From assembly GCA_964016885.1 (NCBI GenBank), contig OZ024742.1:353462001-353526000 (forward strand): a stretch of 64,000 bases of DNA. Reading direction: 5' to 3'. The notes beneath the pieces were generated by a model that was not told the DNA's origin, ran no database searches, and saw only the letters and a list, made by a program, of their open reading frames with translations. Source of the DNA: Eledone cirrhosa. Its lineage: Eukaryota. A program made the position numbers and the translations under genes. How positions within the stretch are numbered: position 1 is the stretch's first letter; every line of letters starts with the position of its first letter. Positions 40,996 through 56,890 of this stretch are shown piece after piece.

Positions 40996-43550
40996 ATACT
41001 TGGGGAGGGTCATATTTGCGTAATATTGCCAGAATTAATAACAGAACACACTCACTGTTTGGTTGGTTTTCGCTTCTCGCTGTCTTTTATTATATCTGCG
41101 ATCTAACTTACTCGGTCCTCAATGTTGCCATTGACTGACCGGCGGTCAAAAATAATACAGATACAATATAGACACAAACACATATATATATATATAGTTT
41201 ACATAATTTACATAAATCTTTCGTTGCACATCTGCAACATCGTCAGTGGTGTTATATTAATTGTTCCTCCTGTTGTGTTGTATGTCTACGCCATTTTTTT
41301 TTTGTTCAGTCTGTCTATATATTTATTTATTTATTTGCTTGTTTGTTTATCTTATTTTATTTTGTCTTCTTTGCGCATGCGTTTGCGTGTGTGTATAGTG
41401 TTATGTGTGATGTGTGACTAGTGTGTATAGTGTTGTGTCTGCTGGGTGACTAGTGTGTGTTTATGTGCTTGTTGTTATTGTGCTTGTGTATGTATTTATT
41501 TATCTTATTTTATTTAATTTTATTTACTTATTTATACTTCTCTTAGGTCAGTGTTGTTTGTTTGGGTGTTGTTGTTGTTCCACTCATTCTTTCTGTTTAG
41601 CTTTGGTCTTCTAATTTCTATTTCACGGGCCTCTCTGATTTGCCTATCTGCTGGGTCATTCCTATGTTTAGATATTATTCTAACTTCTATGTTGTCTATG
41701 TTACCGTCATGTTGTTGTCTAGCATGTTCGTATAGTACTGACCCGTTTTTTCGTCCTTTTAGTTCGCCCCAGTGTTGGTCTATCCTTTCACCTATGCTAC
41801 GAGCTGTCTCACCTATGTATGTTGTTGTCATGTTTCTGCAAGTACCCTCTGTACATCTTATGCTATAGACTACGTTTCTAGTTTTACAGTTTATCCGGGG
41901 GTTCACCTTACATATGATACACTTCCTATTGGTACAGTGGGTTTTCTTAAAAGGGTAGGTCTTGCTGATCAGGGATTTTATGGTGGTTCCTGGCTTTTCT
42001 ACCACCTTTATTTTTAAGTGGGTCTTTCTCAGGGCCTTTCTACACCGGTTAGCTAATTTTCCTCCAGGGGTGGCGTCCACAAACATGACACTCTGATATC
42101 TCTGGTTGTCGTACCATGATGTGGCCTTCCCTATCTTATGTCTAGCCCTATCTAAGCTATTCCATGATTTGCTCCTGTATAGTGGGCAGATTCCTTTCAT
42201 GTCCAGTTCTATGAGGGTCTTATACTTTTCCATGGCTCCTTCGTATACTCTGACTCTGTCTCTTTGGTTGTAGCCAGAGAACTACATGCGGTTGATGAAG
42301 TGTTGGATGTGTCCTTCCATTTCTGTTGGGTCGCACATGCTGGACACATTCTTCATCACTCGTACCAAATCTGCGATCAGAATATTAAACTTAGCACTAC
42401 TGGACATTGCTGAGATTTTGAGTATCAGGTATTTGGAAGCCATGGGTTTAGCATAGTGTGAGTGGAGAATTTGGGCTCTCTCGTCTATAGTGTTAATCCA
42501 GAGTTATGTGTCTAATACAAGTAGTCTATTGTTAGAGTGTTTGGAAGGGAAGTCTATAGTTACAGTTATACTCTGGTGTATGGAATTAGCTATATGCTGG
42601 ATGCTTTCCATCGTGCTACGTTCTAAATCAAACTTGTTAGTGCTCTCTAGTGGGGGTTTTCTTATAACTATATTGATATCGTCTACATAACGAGAGTACA
42701 TGATGAGGTCTATGGAGCTTTCATTAAGGAGATCTTTAAGTTTCCTTTCCCACCATACCATGAAAAGGTTGGCAACATCACCAGCTATGCTGACACCGAT
42801 GGCTGCTCCCTCATTTTGGGTGTAGATTTTCTCATTGAACTTAAATATGTGGCCCTTTAGGGTAGTTTTGATACTAGCCCCTATTGCATGTGCGACTATT
42901 TTTCTTACCTGATCAGTGTTTTGGGGGGTCCGTATGGCTTTGGTCCACCCAATCCACCTTCCTATGGGAGTCTTTTTAGCCATTGAGGTTATGGTGGGGG
43001 GTCTACCTCTTATAGGTCTACTAGGGCAGAAACATCTAAGGTCATGGCTGTCTAGGTAGTCAGTGTCGTAGGTAAGTCTAAGTAGAAGGCCCAGTTCGTC
43101 TGTGTCGACGTCGCAGAACTCCACCTCACTCTCAATGATCATCTCCACACATCTTTTCACAGCAAAATCAATGTTAATGGATGGGTACAGTGACACCACA
43201 TCCATGCTGCCTATTATGCAGTTGGATAGGCTCCTGTTTTTGTTGCACTCACTGATTCTGCTGAGGAGGTCCTCTGTACTTTCACATACATCTGGGGACA
43301 TCTTGATTATGGGGCGTATAACCATTGAGAGGAAGTAGGAGATCCTGTAATTGCTAGCTATATTAGCTCCGCATACGCGTCTTGTTGGTGGTCCTGTTGT
43401 CGGGTCGTCGACTGTCTTGTGGTCTTTGCGGAGCCCATACAAGGGTGGTATGCCATTGTTAGACGCCTGGAAGTTGTTTTGCAGTGCGTCTGCTTGGCTT
43501 TAGGATGTCAGTCCACATCATCATGTGAGCGTCAGTCCACATCATCCTCA
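40989..43550 (-). mobile_element. Penelope-like element family A1, 5'-truncated
   Basis: RT, GIY-YIG and pseudo-LTR; ends ...tataacaata in (TA)n. Confidence 0.92.
41532..43530 (-). pseudogene. PLE RT / GIY-YIG ORF with two in-frame stops (42504 and ~42284)
   Basis: YGLRKDHK, GSMDVVSLYPSI, QNEGAAIG, RYVDD, YAKPMAS; CIIC..NCKTRNVVY, YIGETARS..ER..QH, RQIREA, LNRKNEW; ORFs 42504-43442 and 41532-42233 share a frame. Confidence 0.92.
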
Positions 43551-44790
43551 ACGCTCACATGATGATGTGGACTGACATCCTAAAGCCAAGCAGACGTAAG
43601 ATAGGGAAGGCCACATCATGGTACGACAACCAGAGATATCAGAGTGTCATGTTTGTGGACGCCACCCCTGGAGGGAAATTAGCTAACCAGTGTAGAAAGG
43701 CCCTGAGAAAGACCCACTTAAAAATAAAGGTGGTAGAAAAGCCAGAAACCACCATAAAATCCCTGATCAGCAAGACCTACCCTTTTAAGAAAACCCACTG
43801 TACCAATAGGAAGTGTATCATATGTAAGGTGAACCCCCGGATAAACTGTAAAACTAGAAACGTAGTCTATAGCATAAGATGTACAGAGGGTACTTGCAGA
43901 AACATGACAACAACATACATAGGTGAGACAGCTCGTAGCATAGGTGAAAGGATAGACCAACACTGGGGCGAACTAAAAGGACGAAAAAACGGGTCAGTAC
44001 TATACGAACATGCTAGACAACAACATGACGGTAACATAGACAACATAGAAGTTAGAATAATATCTAAACATAGGAATGACCCAGCAGATCGGCAAATCAG
44101 AGAGGCCAGTGAAATAGAAATTAGAAGACCAAAGCTAAACAGAAAGAATGAGTGGAACAACAACAACACCCAAACAAACAACACTGACCTAAGAGAAGTA
44201 TAAATAGGTAAATAAAATTAAATAAAATAAGATAAATAAATACATACACAAGCACAATAACAACAAGCACATAAACACACACTAGTCACCCAGCAGACAC
44301 AACACTATACACACTAGTCACACATCACACATAACACTATACACACACGCAAACGCATGCGCAAAGAAGACAAAATAAAATAAGATAAACAAACAAGCAA
44401 ATAAATAAATAAATATATAGACAGACTGAACAAAAAAAAAGTGGCGTAGACATACAACACAACAGGAGGAACAATGAATATAACACCACTGACGATGTTG
44501 CAGATGTGCAACGAAAGATTTATGTAAATTATGTAAACTATATATATATATATGTGTTTGTGTCTATATTGTATCTGTATTATTTTTGACCGCCGGTCAG
44601 TCAATGGCAACATTGAGGACCGAGTAAGTTAGATCGCAGATATAATAAAAGACAGCGAGAAGCGAAAACCAACCAAACAGTGAGTGTGTTCTGTTATTAA
44701 TTCTGGCAATATTACGCAAATATGACCCTCCCCAAGTATAACAATATCTGTTTCGACACACGATTTCATATAAAAAACCTCGCAAAACTA

Positions 44791-44792
<2 letters not shown>
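43551..44792 (+). mobile_element. Inverted partial copy (endonuclease + pseudo-LTR + ~47-nt tail) of family A1
   Basis: 43597-44745 is a near-exact reverse complement of 40989-42138. Confidence 0.93.
44486..44525 (+). ncRNA. Minimal hammerhead motif in the A1 pseudo-LTR (mirror copy 41210-41249, -)
   Basis: CTGACGA-t-gttgca(gatg)tgcaac-GAAA-gatt-TA; stem I is weak. Confidence 0.6.
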
Positions 44793-45598
<806 letters not shown>

Positions 45599-45599
45599 G

Positions 45600-47045
45600 C
45601 ATATTCAGACATATTCGACGTCTCCATGGGATCGTTCGACAGTGCTGACGTATGTGACTTAGTTGGCCTATTTATTTTAGAGATATTACGTGTTAGATTC
45701 CCGGACTACCACACGGGAATATAGCGCGACGACGGACTGATCTTATCGAGTCATATCACTGGTCACGACCTCGACCAGTTTGAAAAAGACTTAGCTTCGA
45801 CCTTCAATATGTTAAGACTTAGGATAACAGTAGCTACCATCCTCTCTAGCGTAGATTTCTTAGACATTAATTTAGACCTTCGTACACACACCCACAGACC
45901 CTTTCATATGCTAAACGAAAAACTCAATTACATTAACAAGGACTCATGCCACCCTCTCACTGTTTTTAGAAATTCGTAAATAATATCAGTACTAGAATCT
46001 CAAATCTCAACTCTAATAAGGCTATAGTTGACAGGGCGGCACCATACTATAACATGGAGTTAGCTAACAGCGGATTCTCACAACCTATCACTTACTCTCC
46101 CACTGTCAACAACAGCAATAAGAAAAGAGAGCGCAACAATAGACAAACTATCTGGTTCTCTCCTCCTTTCTCACTCAACGTTACAACCAATGTAGGCAAC
46201 ATATGTCTAGCCCTCTTAGATAGACACTTTCCCATAGGTCAATAATACCTCTCCATCCTTATCCGACACAAAGTTAAACTAGGATACGCCTGCGCTAAGT
46301 ACATGAAGGCCCACATCACCAGCAACCCCAGGAACAACACCCACAAGGGTGCTCATGCCGTAAGCCCGTAACTTGCCCCTTCAACAGCAATGCAACACAC
46401 CAGCTGTAATTTATGAAGATGTGGTCACTTCCAACCGAGCAAACGAACCACAGGAGGTCAAATCATATGTGGGTATTGCAGAGGGCCTATTTAAGGAACG
46501 TTTCCTGAACCATCAGTCGATCTTTAGGTACCCGGACAGACGTTCCTCCACGAAATCGCGAGCCACGTATAGTCCCTCAAGGACTCAATTATAGACTACT
46601 CCATTCAATACAAAGCCATCACTAAGTTCAAGACAGACGCAAGGGCAAATCCGTCGTGTCGACTATGTATTGAGGAACGATTAAATATTCTAAAGAGATT
46701 ATGCAATAGTGATTGCCTAAAAATGAGGAAAGAATTTTTCACACATTGACTACACGTCTCGAAACACCTATTGCATAACTACAAAGCTCCGGATTGAATG
46801 AATTATCGTAACAATATCATATTTCTTATCAACTAAAAACTTTTCGTTCTTTCGCAGTTATCTCACTTACACTTCTCGCACGCATTTTAGTATTGTCTGT
46901 GGGAAGTGACCGGTTTCTGCGCATGCGCGTTTGTAAGGTCGTCCTTCCTGTTCCGTATAATCATGCGCATTACGAGCTGTGGATCCGCTAAGGTGAAACA
47001 ATTGTTCCCGGTATGGTGAATTAACTGTTGTGTAACCACTTCTAT
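45600..47045 (+). pseudogene. PLE family C (Hydra-clade-like), decayed RT C-terminus + GIY-YIG + pseudo-LTR
   Basis: FDVSMGSFDSADVCDLVGL, I*RDDGL, VDFLDINLDL, IWFSPPFS, YVGIAEGLFKERFLNH, CRLCIEE. Confidence 0.88.
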
Positions 47046-47918
47046 ATATATATATACATTTGGTTGCGCATTATCTTCCGATCTATGAGTAAATGGTAAA
47101 TATGCGCATATGTATTTCAAAATTGCATTCCGAGCGCGTAGATGTGTCTAGAAATTTACAAATTAATTGTGGAAATATATGTAAACATGTATATATTTCC
47201 CGGTGAACATTAAAATATGATTAATATTCATACGATGTTTGAAATCGAATTTGTCCGCTCAGTGATGTCAATCCATCCAAAGAATGCAATCTGGTAGATA
47301 TCTGTCTCGGTACACATTTGGATTAAATTATATTTGTGCTGCTTAGTGTAAAATTTAATATATCTTTAATGTTTCTACCATCATATTCAGTGGAAAGTTA
47401 TTTGTGTGTAATACTAAGTTTAGGCGGGGAATTCACAGAGTCGTTAATGTGTGGAATAGAAGAATTTGCAGCATTATTGCATGGGTTCTGTCTCTGTTCC
47501 CTGAGTTCATATCAAACTGAGTTCAATTTTGCATTTCATGCTTTCGAGTTCGTTAAAAACACAACGTTTAAGTACTGGGGTTTACTCTTCCTATATCTCC
47601 CTTTCCCATTTTCAATCTATCAATCTCTATCCATTTCTGGAAGCATTCTTATGTGTTCAGACATAGAGAGTTGATGAGAACCACCAGATCAGATCCCCTA
47701 TGTATCATTCAAGTGTAACGGAACCAGGCATGCACTACTGAAAGTACAAGATCTAATAGTATTTCCTAAATTGAAGTATCTTCTTGAGTTGTTTGCGAAA
47801 AAGGCTCGCAATTTGATTAAGTGTCCTAGTCTTATGAATCTGCGATAAACAGGCGAAACACCAATGTAAAACGAACCGGTATTTAGCAAAAATGAAATGA
47901 ATATATATATATATATAT

Positions 47919-47981
47919 AGTAATAATAATAAATTTGAAGACTAAAATGCAAAGAGGGCACGATAAGGATAAATATATATC

Positions 47982-48031
<50 letters not shown>

Positions 48032-48090
48032 ATAATAATAAATTTCAAGACTAAAATCCAAAGAGGGCACGATAAGGATAAATATATATC

Positions 48091-48158
<68 letters not shown>

Positions 48159-48232
48159 ATAATAATAAATTTGAAGACTAAAATCCAAAGAGGGCTCCAT
48201 AAGGTTAAATATACATCAAATATATAAGATAT

Positions 48233-48236
<4 letters not shown>
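47919..48236 (-). repeat. Three short copies of the family B 3' terminus separated by (TA)n
   Basis: agtaataataataaattt(g/c)aagactaaaat..aaagaggg..ataagg at 47919, 48028 and 48155; same terminus at 23792 and 35802. Confidence 0.85.
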
Positions 48237-48315
<79 letters not shown>

Positions 48316-48319
<4 letters not shown>

Positions 48320-48940
48320 GAAAGGATTACAAATGAGAATATATACTGTTAGAACATATTTATATAAAAGCACCTACGTACGTTTCGCCCGAAAAGGGTT
48401 TCTCAAGGGCATAGCAAACTACAAAGTTTTCAGTTGAAGACCCAGAATGTGTTTTAAACTTATACATACATCAAAGTTCATTCTTAGTTCAAACATACGC
48501 GTTGTTATTTTCACAGAAGAAGGGGAGTAACTCTGGCCGATGTTTGAATAATTGTCGCCAAAGGGCTTATTACCCGTTCACATGATGGTGGCTTTCCATT
48601 ACTAATTTTTGTGTGCTACTTTACTATTCTCAATTCAGGCAGGGTCAGAGATACATAATTGGTGTACACACGTTTATTTGAGCAGCCCACCCAACGGAGT
48701 GTTGTGGTTTGGTGCAGGGAGATCCAGTTTATGGTTTTCAGGTCTCTTTCTATTTCCACCGAAGAAAGACTGCTGTATTCTGTGTCTGCAGTTTATCACC
48801 GATTCTGTTCTGCTGATATGGTAAAGTTCCATGGGGCAGAGCTCGCATTTCCTCTTGAAGTTGTACCGTGCTACCCTCCTGACAATTTCCGTGTGTGTGG
48901 AGAAGCTGATGTGATGTAATTGCAAGAGATGTCAACATGA
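48316..48940 (-). pseudogene. Further PLE fragment (GIY-YIG C-terminus + pseudo-LTR)
   Basis: IVRRVARYNFKRKCELCPMELYHI..ESVINCR resembles the family B/C C-terminus; HHR at 48370. Confidence 0.6.
48370..48410 (-). ncRNA. Hammerhead motif with U3-A8 core
   Basis: gccc-TTGAGAA-a-ccc(ttttc)ggg-c-GAAAC-gtac-GTA-ggtgc; palindromic ACGTACGT. Confidence 0.62.
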
Positions 48941-49021
48941 ATAGACATGTAATTTTTATCTAAAGACATTTTTGCCAACTCCATCCCGCCGGCCCTCTCA
49001 ATCTCTCGTATTTCACATTTT

Positions 49022-49057
49022 TCTTCCGATGAAGGACTAGCGTCTGAAACGTTAAGA
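49022..49057 (+). ncRNA. Minimal hammerhead motif (U4 mutated to C)
   Basis: tctt-CCGATGA-a-ggac(tagc)gtct-GAAAC-GTT-aaga. Confidence 0.6.
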
Positions 49058-49184
49058 TCCTCTTCATGCTATATCAAGCGTTAACCTAATATATCCTGTC
49101 CATATACTGTACCGATTGTGTTGTTATTTCTGTTTACCTTTTACTTATATACATACATATATATATAGAGAGAGAGAGGTAAGT

Positions 49185-49311
<127 letters not shown>

Positions 49312-49325
49312 GTGTGTGTGTGTGC

Positions 49326-49385
<60 letters not shown>

Positions 49386-49873
49386 ATACATATATATATG
49401 TATGTGTGTGTGCGCGCTTGTGTATGCGTATGATTGCACGTATGTTAGGAGACTCACCATCGTTCGGCAAATATAAGCATCGCATTTACTTAATGAATAA
49501 TCCACAAATTCAAATTGTTCATGTCAATAGGTTTCAATGTCCGTCGTATTTTGATATTTCAGGATTTTTTACTTTTTGCTCTGGTTGATCTCCCACATTA
49601 CACATTGAGAGAGATATGTATTAGGTTTGGCCGTATTTAAATCAAGTTGTGTGGACGAGAGAGGGAGAGAAATCCACCGGGGCTGTGGGGAGTCACTGAT
49701 ATGCCAAAGTCGCTATCTACTGCTCTCCTACATTAGTAGTGGTAAGAGACTCTCAAGAGAGCAGAGAGAAGCATGTCTACGGAGAAGAAACCACCCCCAC
49801 ACTCAAGCCAGTGTTTCGGTCCTTGTATCTGTCTGTCTATCTGTCTATCTCATATTAATTTCTCTCTCTACTA

Positions 49874-50175
<302 letters not shown>

Positions 50176-50390
50176 CCTAATTGAGAATCAATGATTGGGG
50201 TCTTTTGATAGTAATATAGGATATAAAATGATATTGATGTGACAGCAGTACCCAACACGTTGACTGCGGCGTCTGAGATCAATAAAACTTCATACATACA
50301 TGTTTGCAACAATAATAAGAACATATTTAACAAAAGAAAACCATAACATTATTATCTACAATCACCGGTATGTGTGATTATATATATATA

Positions 50391-51367
50391 GTAGTAGAAC
50401 ACTGGAGGGTAATATCCGTAGTGATTAAGCACTCAGTCCATGGGACGAGTTGACGAGTTAGGTAGAAGTGGTTACACAACAATTAGTTCACCATACCGAG
50501 AACAATTGTTTCACCGTAGCGGATCCTCAGCTCGTAATGCTCATGGTTATACGGAATAGGAAGGACAGCCGTACGAACACACTTGGGCAGAAAACGGTCA
50601 CTTGACACAGGCAATACTAAAATGCGTGCGAGAGGGGTAAGGGAGATAACTGTGAAAGTCCGAAAAGTTTCTAGTTGATAAGAAAATTATGCTGTTGTAA
50701 TTCAATCCGGAGCTTTGTAGTTATGCAAGAGGTGTTTCGAGTCGTGTGGACAACGTGTGAAACATTAATTTCTCGTGTTTAGGCAATCACTATTGTATAA
50801 ACCCTTTAGAACATTTATTCGTTCATCAATACATTCCTGAACCACCAGTCAACATTTAGGTACACGGACAAACGTTCATCCACGAAACTCGCGAGCCACG
50901 TATAGTTCGTCAAGGACTCAAGTATAGACTACTCCATTCAATGGAAAGCCATCACTAAGTCCAAGCCATATGCAGGGGAAATCCGTCGTCTGGATTAGGT
51001 ATTGATGAACGAATAAATATTCTAAAGAGATTATGCAATAGTTATTGCCTAAACACGAGCAATGCATTATTCACACGTTGTCCACACGCCTTGAAACACC
51101 TCTTGCATAACTAAAAACTCCGGATTGAATTACAACAACAGCATAATTTTCTTATCAACTAGAAAGTTTTCAGACTTTCGCAGTTATCTGCCTTACACCT
51201 CTCGCACGCATTTAATATAGCCTGGTTTAAGCGACCGGTTTCTGCGCATGCGCGTTCGTACGGTTGTCCTTCCTGTTCCGTATAACCATGTCCATTACGA
51301 GCTGAGGATTCGCTAAGGTGAAACAATGCTTCTCAGTATGGTGATCTAACTTGTGTAACCACTTCTA
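50391..51367. mobile_element. Fold-back insertion of the PLE family C 3' region (minus arm with ~70-nt tail 50391-50833; plus arm 50834-51367)
   Basis: Both arms are homologous to 46500-47045. Confidence 0.88.
50497..50534 (-). ncRNA. Type I hammerhead in the family C pseudo-LTR
   Basis: cgag-CTGAGGA-t-ccg(cta)cgg-t-GAAAC-aatt-GTT-ctcg; mutated copies at 46973-47010 and 51298-51335. Confidence 0.78.
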
Positions 51368-51414
51368 TATATATATATGTATATATATATATATAAATAG
51401 GGTGGGTAAAATTC

Positions 51415-51635
51415 CCGAACTCCATGGACGATTTCTCTCCAGCGGTCTCTCTCCCTCATCATCGCTGCTATGCCCTGTCTCTCCAACAGACCAGTGTCCG
51501 TCATTATGGCATCAACATATGTCAACCTCCCTCTTCTTCTACCAGCGTTTCAATGTAGGAGACCCCACAGGACCACCGAGTGTAATGTCAATTCTGGATT
51601 TCGGTGAGCATGTCCGGCTAACTTCAGTCTCCTCT
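51415..51635 (-). pseudogene. RTE-clade LINE 3' fragment
   Basis: Manual translation RRLKLAGHAHRNPE..VVLW..GRRRGRLTYVDAIMTDTG, homologous to 30733-30900. Confidence 0.7.
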
Positions 51636-52418
51636 ATAGCACATATATATATAATCATAATTATGAGGGTATATTCACTGCCTCCGTCTCTTTTCCTCTC
51701 CCCATCTCTCACTATCATAAGCCAATGGGGTGAAGAACGAGGTCTGTACTATCACCTAACGTCAAACACGTCCGAAGTGTACCAGACCATCAGGAATTCA
51801 TTGTGTTATGTTAATTCTCATCATGTTAAATTTAATCAGTTCTGGATTGAGACAGTACCTGATCCCGCATAATACATTAATTTAAAGCTCTTGGATAATT
51901 TTAATATAAATCTGGCTAAGACAAGGAAAGCAATCTGAAGTTAATCTTTCGGAACCCACTTGATAAAATATATTGATCAATTCTCTAACAATTCTACCGG
52001 TCGCCAGTCACGTGCATTGATTTTAGAATATATAACCAACGTAGACGGTCGACAAATTAAAACGGTATGTACCAGCGTTTAATTACTTTCTGTCTAGCTG
52101 TATAAAATCACGAAAAACAAACTGATCAAAGTAATAGAATGAAGTCGATATGTAGCGTGCTATATTATCAATTAATACATCCTATGTTTATTAAGCTTCT
52201 TTGCAAATATTTGCTAACGTGTCTATTTAACTAGAATATGACACTTTCCAATAGATTTCTTTATTTTCGTCTGCAATAAATGTGACACCTCTGTGGGCAT
52301 AACTAAAATTCCGAATTCGCATTTCTTCAAATAATTATATATAGTCGTTTCAACTAAATTTTTAATAACAACACATGGGACATATTTTAACAACCGTCAC
52401 ACTCAAATCCAGCAATAG

Positions 52419-54065
<1,647 letters not shown>

Positions 54066-54085
54066 ATATATATATATATATATAT

Positions 54086-54280
54086 AGGAAAAAGTATGAC
54101 CCCGACGGCAGAGCTCAAGCCGTTTAGACGGCTATTTCTAGACAAGAAATAGCCGTCGAAACGGCTTCAGCTCTGCCGTCGGGGTCATACTTTTTTCCTA
54201 TTTCCCACTCTACTACCCTAAGTATTGAGTACTTTGGTGCGTTATGGTCCATCTGGTTCCTTACCGCAATTCCTTTGTTA
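54086..54280 (+). mobile_element. Short fold-back PLE terminus footprint (family D)
   Basis: Arms ~54086-54140 / 54146-54200 plus ~78-nt tail. Confidence 0.75.
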
Positions 54281-54292
54281 TATATATATATA

Positions 54293-54433
<141 letters not shown>

Positions 54434-55189
54434 ATATATATATATTTATTCCCTTTCAGAAACTAATTAGTTGGAGTGAAATGTTAGTAAGTAAATTTTT
54501 ATAATTTTCTTGTTTTAAGTCTTTCATATATATATATATAGATCACTGATGAAGGACTAATTTTATTCATATGTAACCCATATGCACCCACGCATCAATC
54601 CATTTTTCTTATATTTATATTTTTCCTCACTGGGATTGTTTCTTTCTTTCTTACTGCTTCCCCTCCCTCTGTATCTCTTACCTTCTTGTTACCCCTCTGC
54701 CAGTCACACTCTCTCTCATCTGGCGTCTTTTTCACACCTCCACTCACTCACTCTTTGCTTCTCCCCCTCTCTCACTTCCTCCCGTTTGAACTTTGTGAAA
54801 TCCTTTTCTCGCTCACATCTCAACCATGTCTGATTGTCTGTATCTCTCGTCCATGATTTCATCAAGCTTAAGCTTTTAGATATCATGTACTTGTCTCTTC
54901 CTATCTTTCTGATGCAATACCATCTTTCTTTGTTTACATGTCTCGCTCGCTTCACGCTATTTTACTTGTCCCAATAAATGTATTTAGTTAATGCTCGCAC
55001 CAACCAGAGGTATATGATTTTTAAAGCGATGAAATACCAATGAAGGTTGGAAGATCAGTGACGAAGGACTAACTTTATTCATATGTAACCCCTGTGGAAC
55101 TATAATAAAAACTATGTTCAACACATGTTATTGCTTGCCTTGTGCCAAAAGTAGATACAATTATTACACATAGACGAATACAGACACAA

Positions 55190-55260
<71 letters not shown>

Positions 55261-55261
55261 C

Positions 55262-55314
<53 letters not shown>

Positions 55315-55373
55315 GAGTGTGTGGGAGTATTGTGTGTGTGTGTGTCTGTGTGTGTCTGTATTTGTATGTGTGT

Positions 55374-55551
55374 AATATTTGTTTCTACTTTTGGCACAAG
55401 GCCAGCAATTAGCCATTACATTACTGGTACTTTATTTTCTCGACCCATAAGGATGAAAGCCAAAGTGAACCTCGACGGGATTTGAAATCAGACCGTAAAG
55501 AGACGTAACTATCCTGGAAAACCTGGCGTGCGACCCTCTACCGATACTGCC
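55374..55551 (-). mobile_element. tRNA-derived octopus SINE
   Basis: Reverse complement of the 49874-50063 type. Confidence 0.8.
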
Positions 55552-56157
55552 GAATAATGCAGTGTCTTGCGAATCAAATACTTCAAACAAACGGCCACGC
55601 CCCTCAGGTCTATATTTATCTATTTATCTATATATCTATCAATCTGTCTATCTACCTATCTATATATCTATCTATCTATCGATCTATCTATCTATCTATA
55701 TACCTGCATAATTATATCACGGCGTTAACTTCTGTTATATGGATATTTCATTAATTTGCACTTGGGTATTTCACATATTATTACTTTTAGAGATTATTAC
55801 TGTTTAATATGTTTGTTCATATACTTATGCATATGTCACATATTTCCATTTAATGATTGCCCCTTTATACGAATCAGGGAACCTATTGAAATTAGTCATG
55901 TATATGTACAGATACATTTTTCAGTGTTCAAAATAAACTAATATCGTTTTTTTTTTTTTTTAATTGCATTCCGTAGTTCAAGACAACATATATTTGTTCA
56001 TATTTCTAGGTTCATACATCTTATATACGACTCCAATGCCCATGGGAACATATAAATAACCTTGCTCAGTAGTTATTGCGTTCTCATAATTTTTTTCATT
56101 TTAGATATGTTCATAAAAAATTAACATTAGAATATATATTTACTTAATATTATTCTA

Positions 56158-56455
56158 TTACGGGGTCGATAAAATAAAGTACCAGTAATGCACTGGGTTA
56201 TTGCTGCCCTTGTGCCTAAAGTAGAAACAATTATTCTATGTAATATATAGGCGGTGGATTGGCAGTATTGGTAGAGTGTCGGATGCCATGCTTTGGCGCA
56301 TAGAGTTACGGCCCTTGCCATTCTGAGTTCAAATCACGCCGAGGTTAACTTTGCCTTTCATCCTTACGAGGTCGATAAAATAAAGTACCAGTAATACACT
56401 TGGTTATTTGCTGGCCTTGTGCCTAACGTAGAAACAATTATTCTATGTAATATAT
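56158..56455 (+). mobile_element. SINE 3' half (56158-56236) plus a full SINE (56249-56443) in tandem
   Basis: Homologous to 49874-50063; the shared downstream ctatgtaatatatag suggests tandem duplication. Confidence 0.82.
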
Positions 56456-56890
56456 AGAATATATGTACTGTATATTATTATATATACTATACAAGCACCT
56501 TTGATGAGTTTTAGAGCACCTGAGCACTGTACACAATAATTTCATTATTATTATTATTATTATTATTGGTCTGTTCGGACGTCTTTTTGCTCGCTCCCAG
56601 TAAGTCGCTTTATTTACCTGTTATAATTATTTGTTGTCAAATTGTTCTTGTTGTGTAAGGCATATAATCCTTTGGACTTTGCCCTGTGAAAGTGAAAGTA
56701 TAATATTTGGGCCTTTTAGCCCAAATATTTGATCAATATTTGAACATTTTACTTTTAAAAAAACATTGCTGAGGCACGCCCTCCAGCAATATGTCTGCTG
56801 TTGTGTGACACCGGCCTAAAAGGTGAGAGGAGGTTTAGTGAAATTCATACAACAGTCAGCACCACAAACAACGTGAACAAAGACACCAAC

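Noticed and set aside
42284-42506. In-frame stops in PLE A1 as possible selenocysteine/readthrough codons
   Set aside because: They are TAA and TAG, not TGA; simple nonsense mutations are more likely
47828-47872. CTTATGA-a-tctg..cagg-c-GAAAC..GTA
   Set aside because: G5 mutated and no stem I; not supportable as a ribozyme
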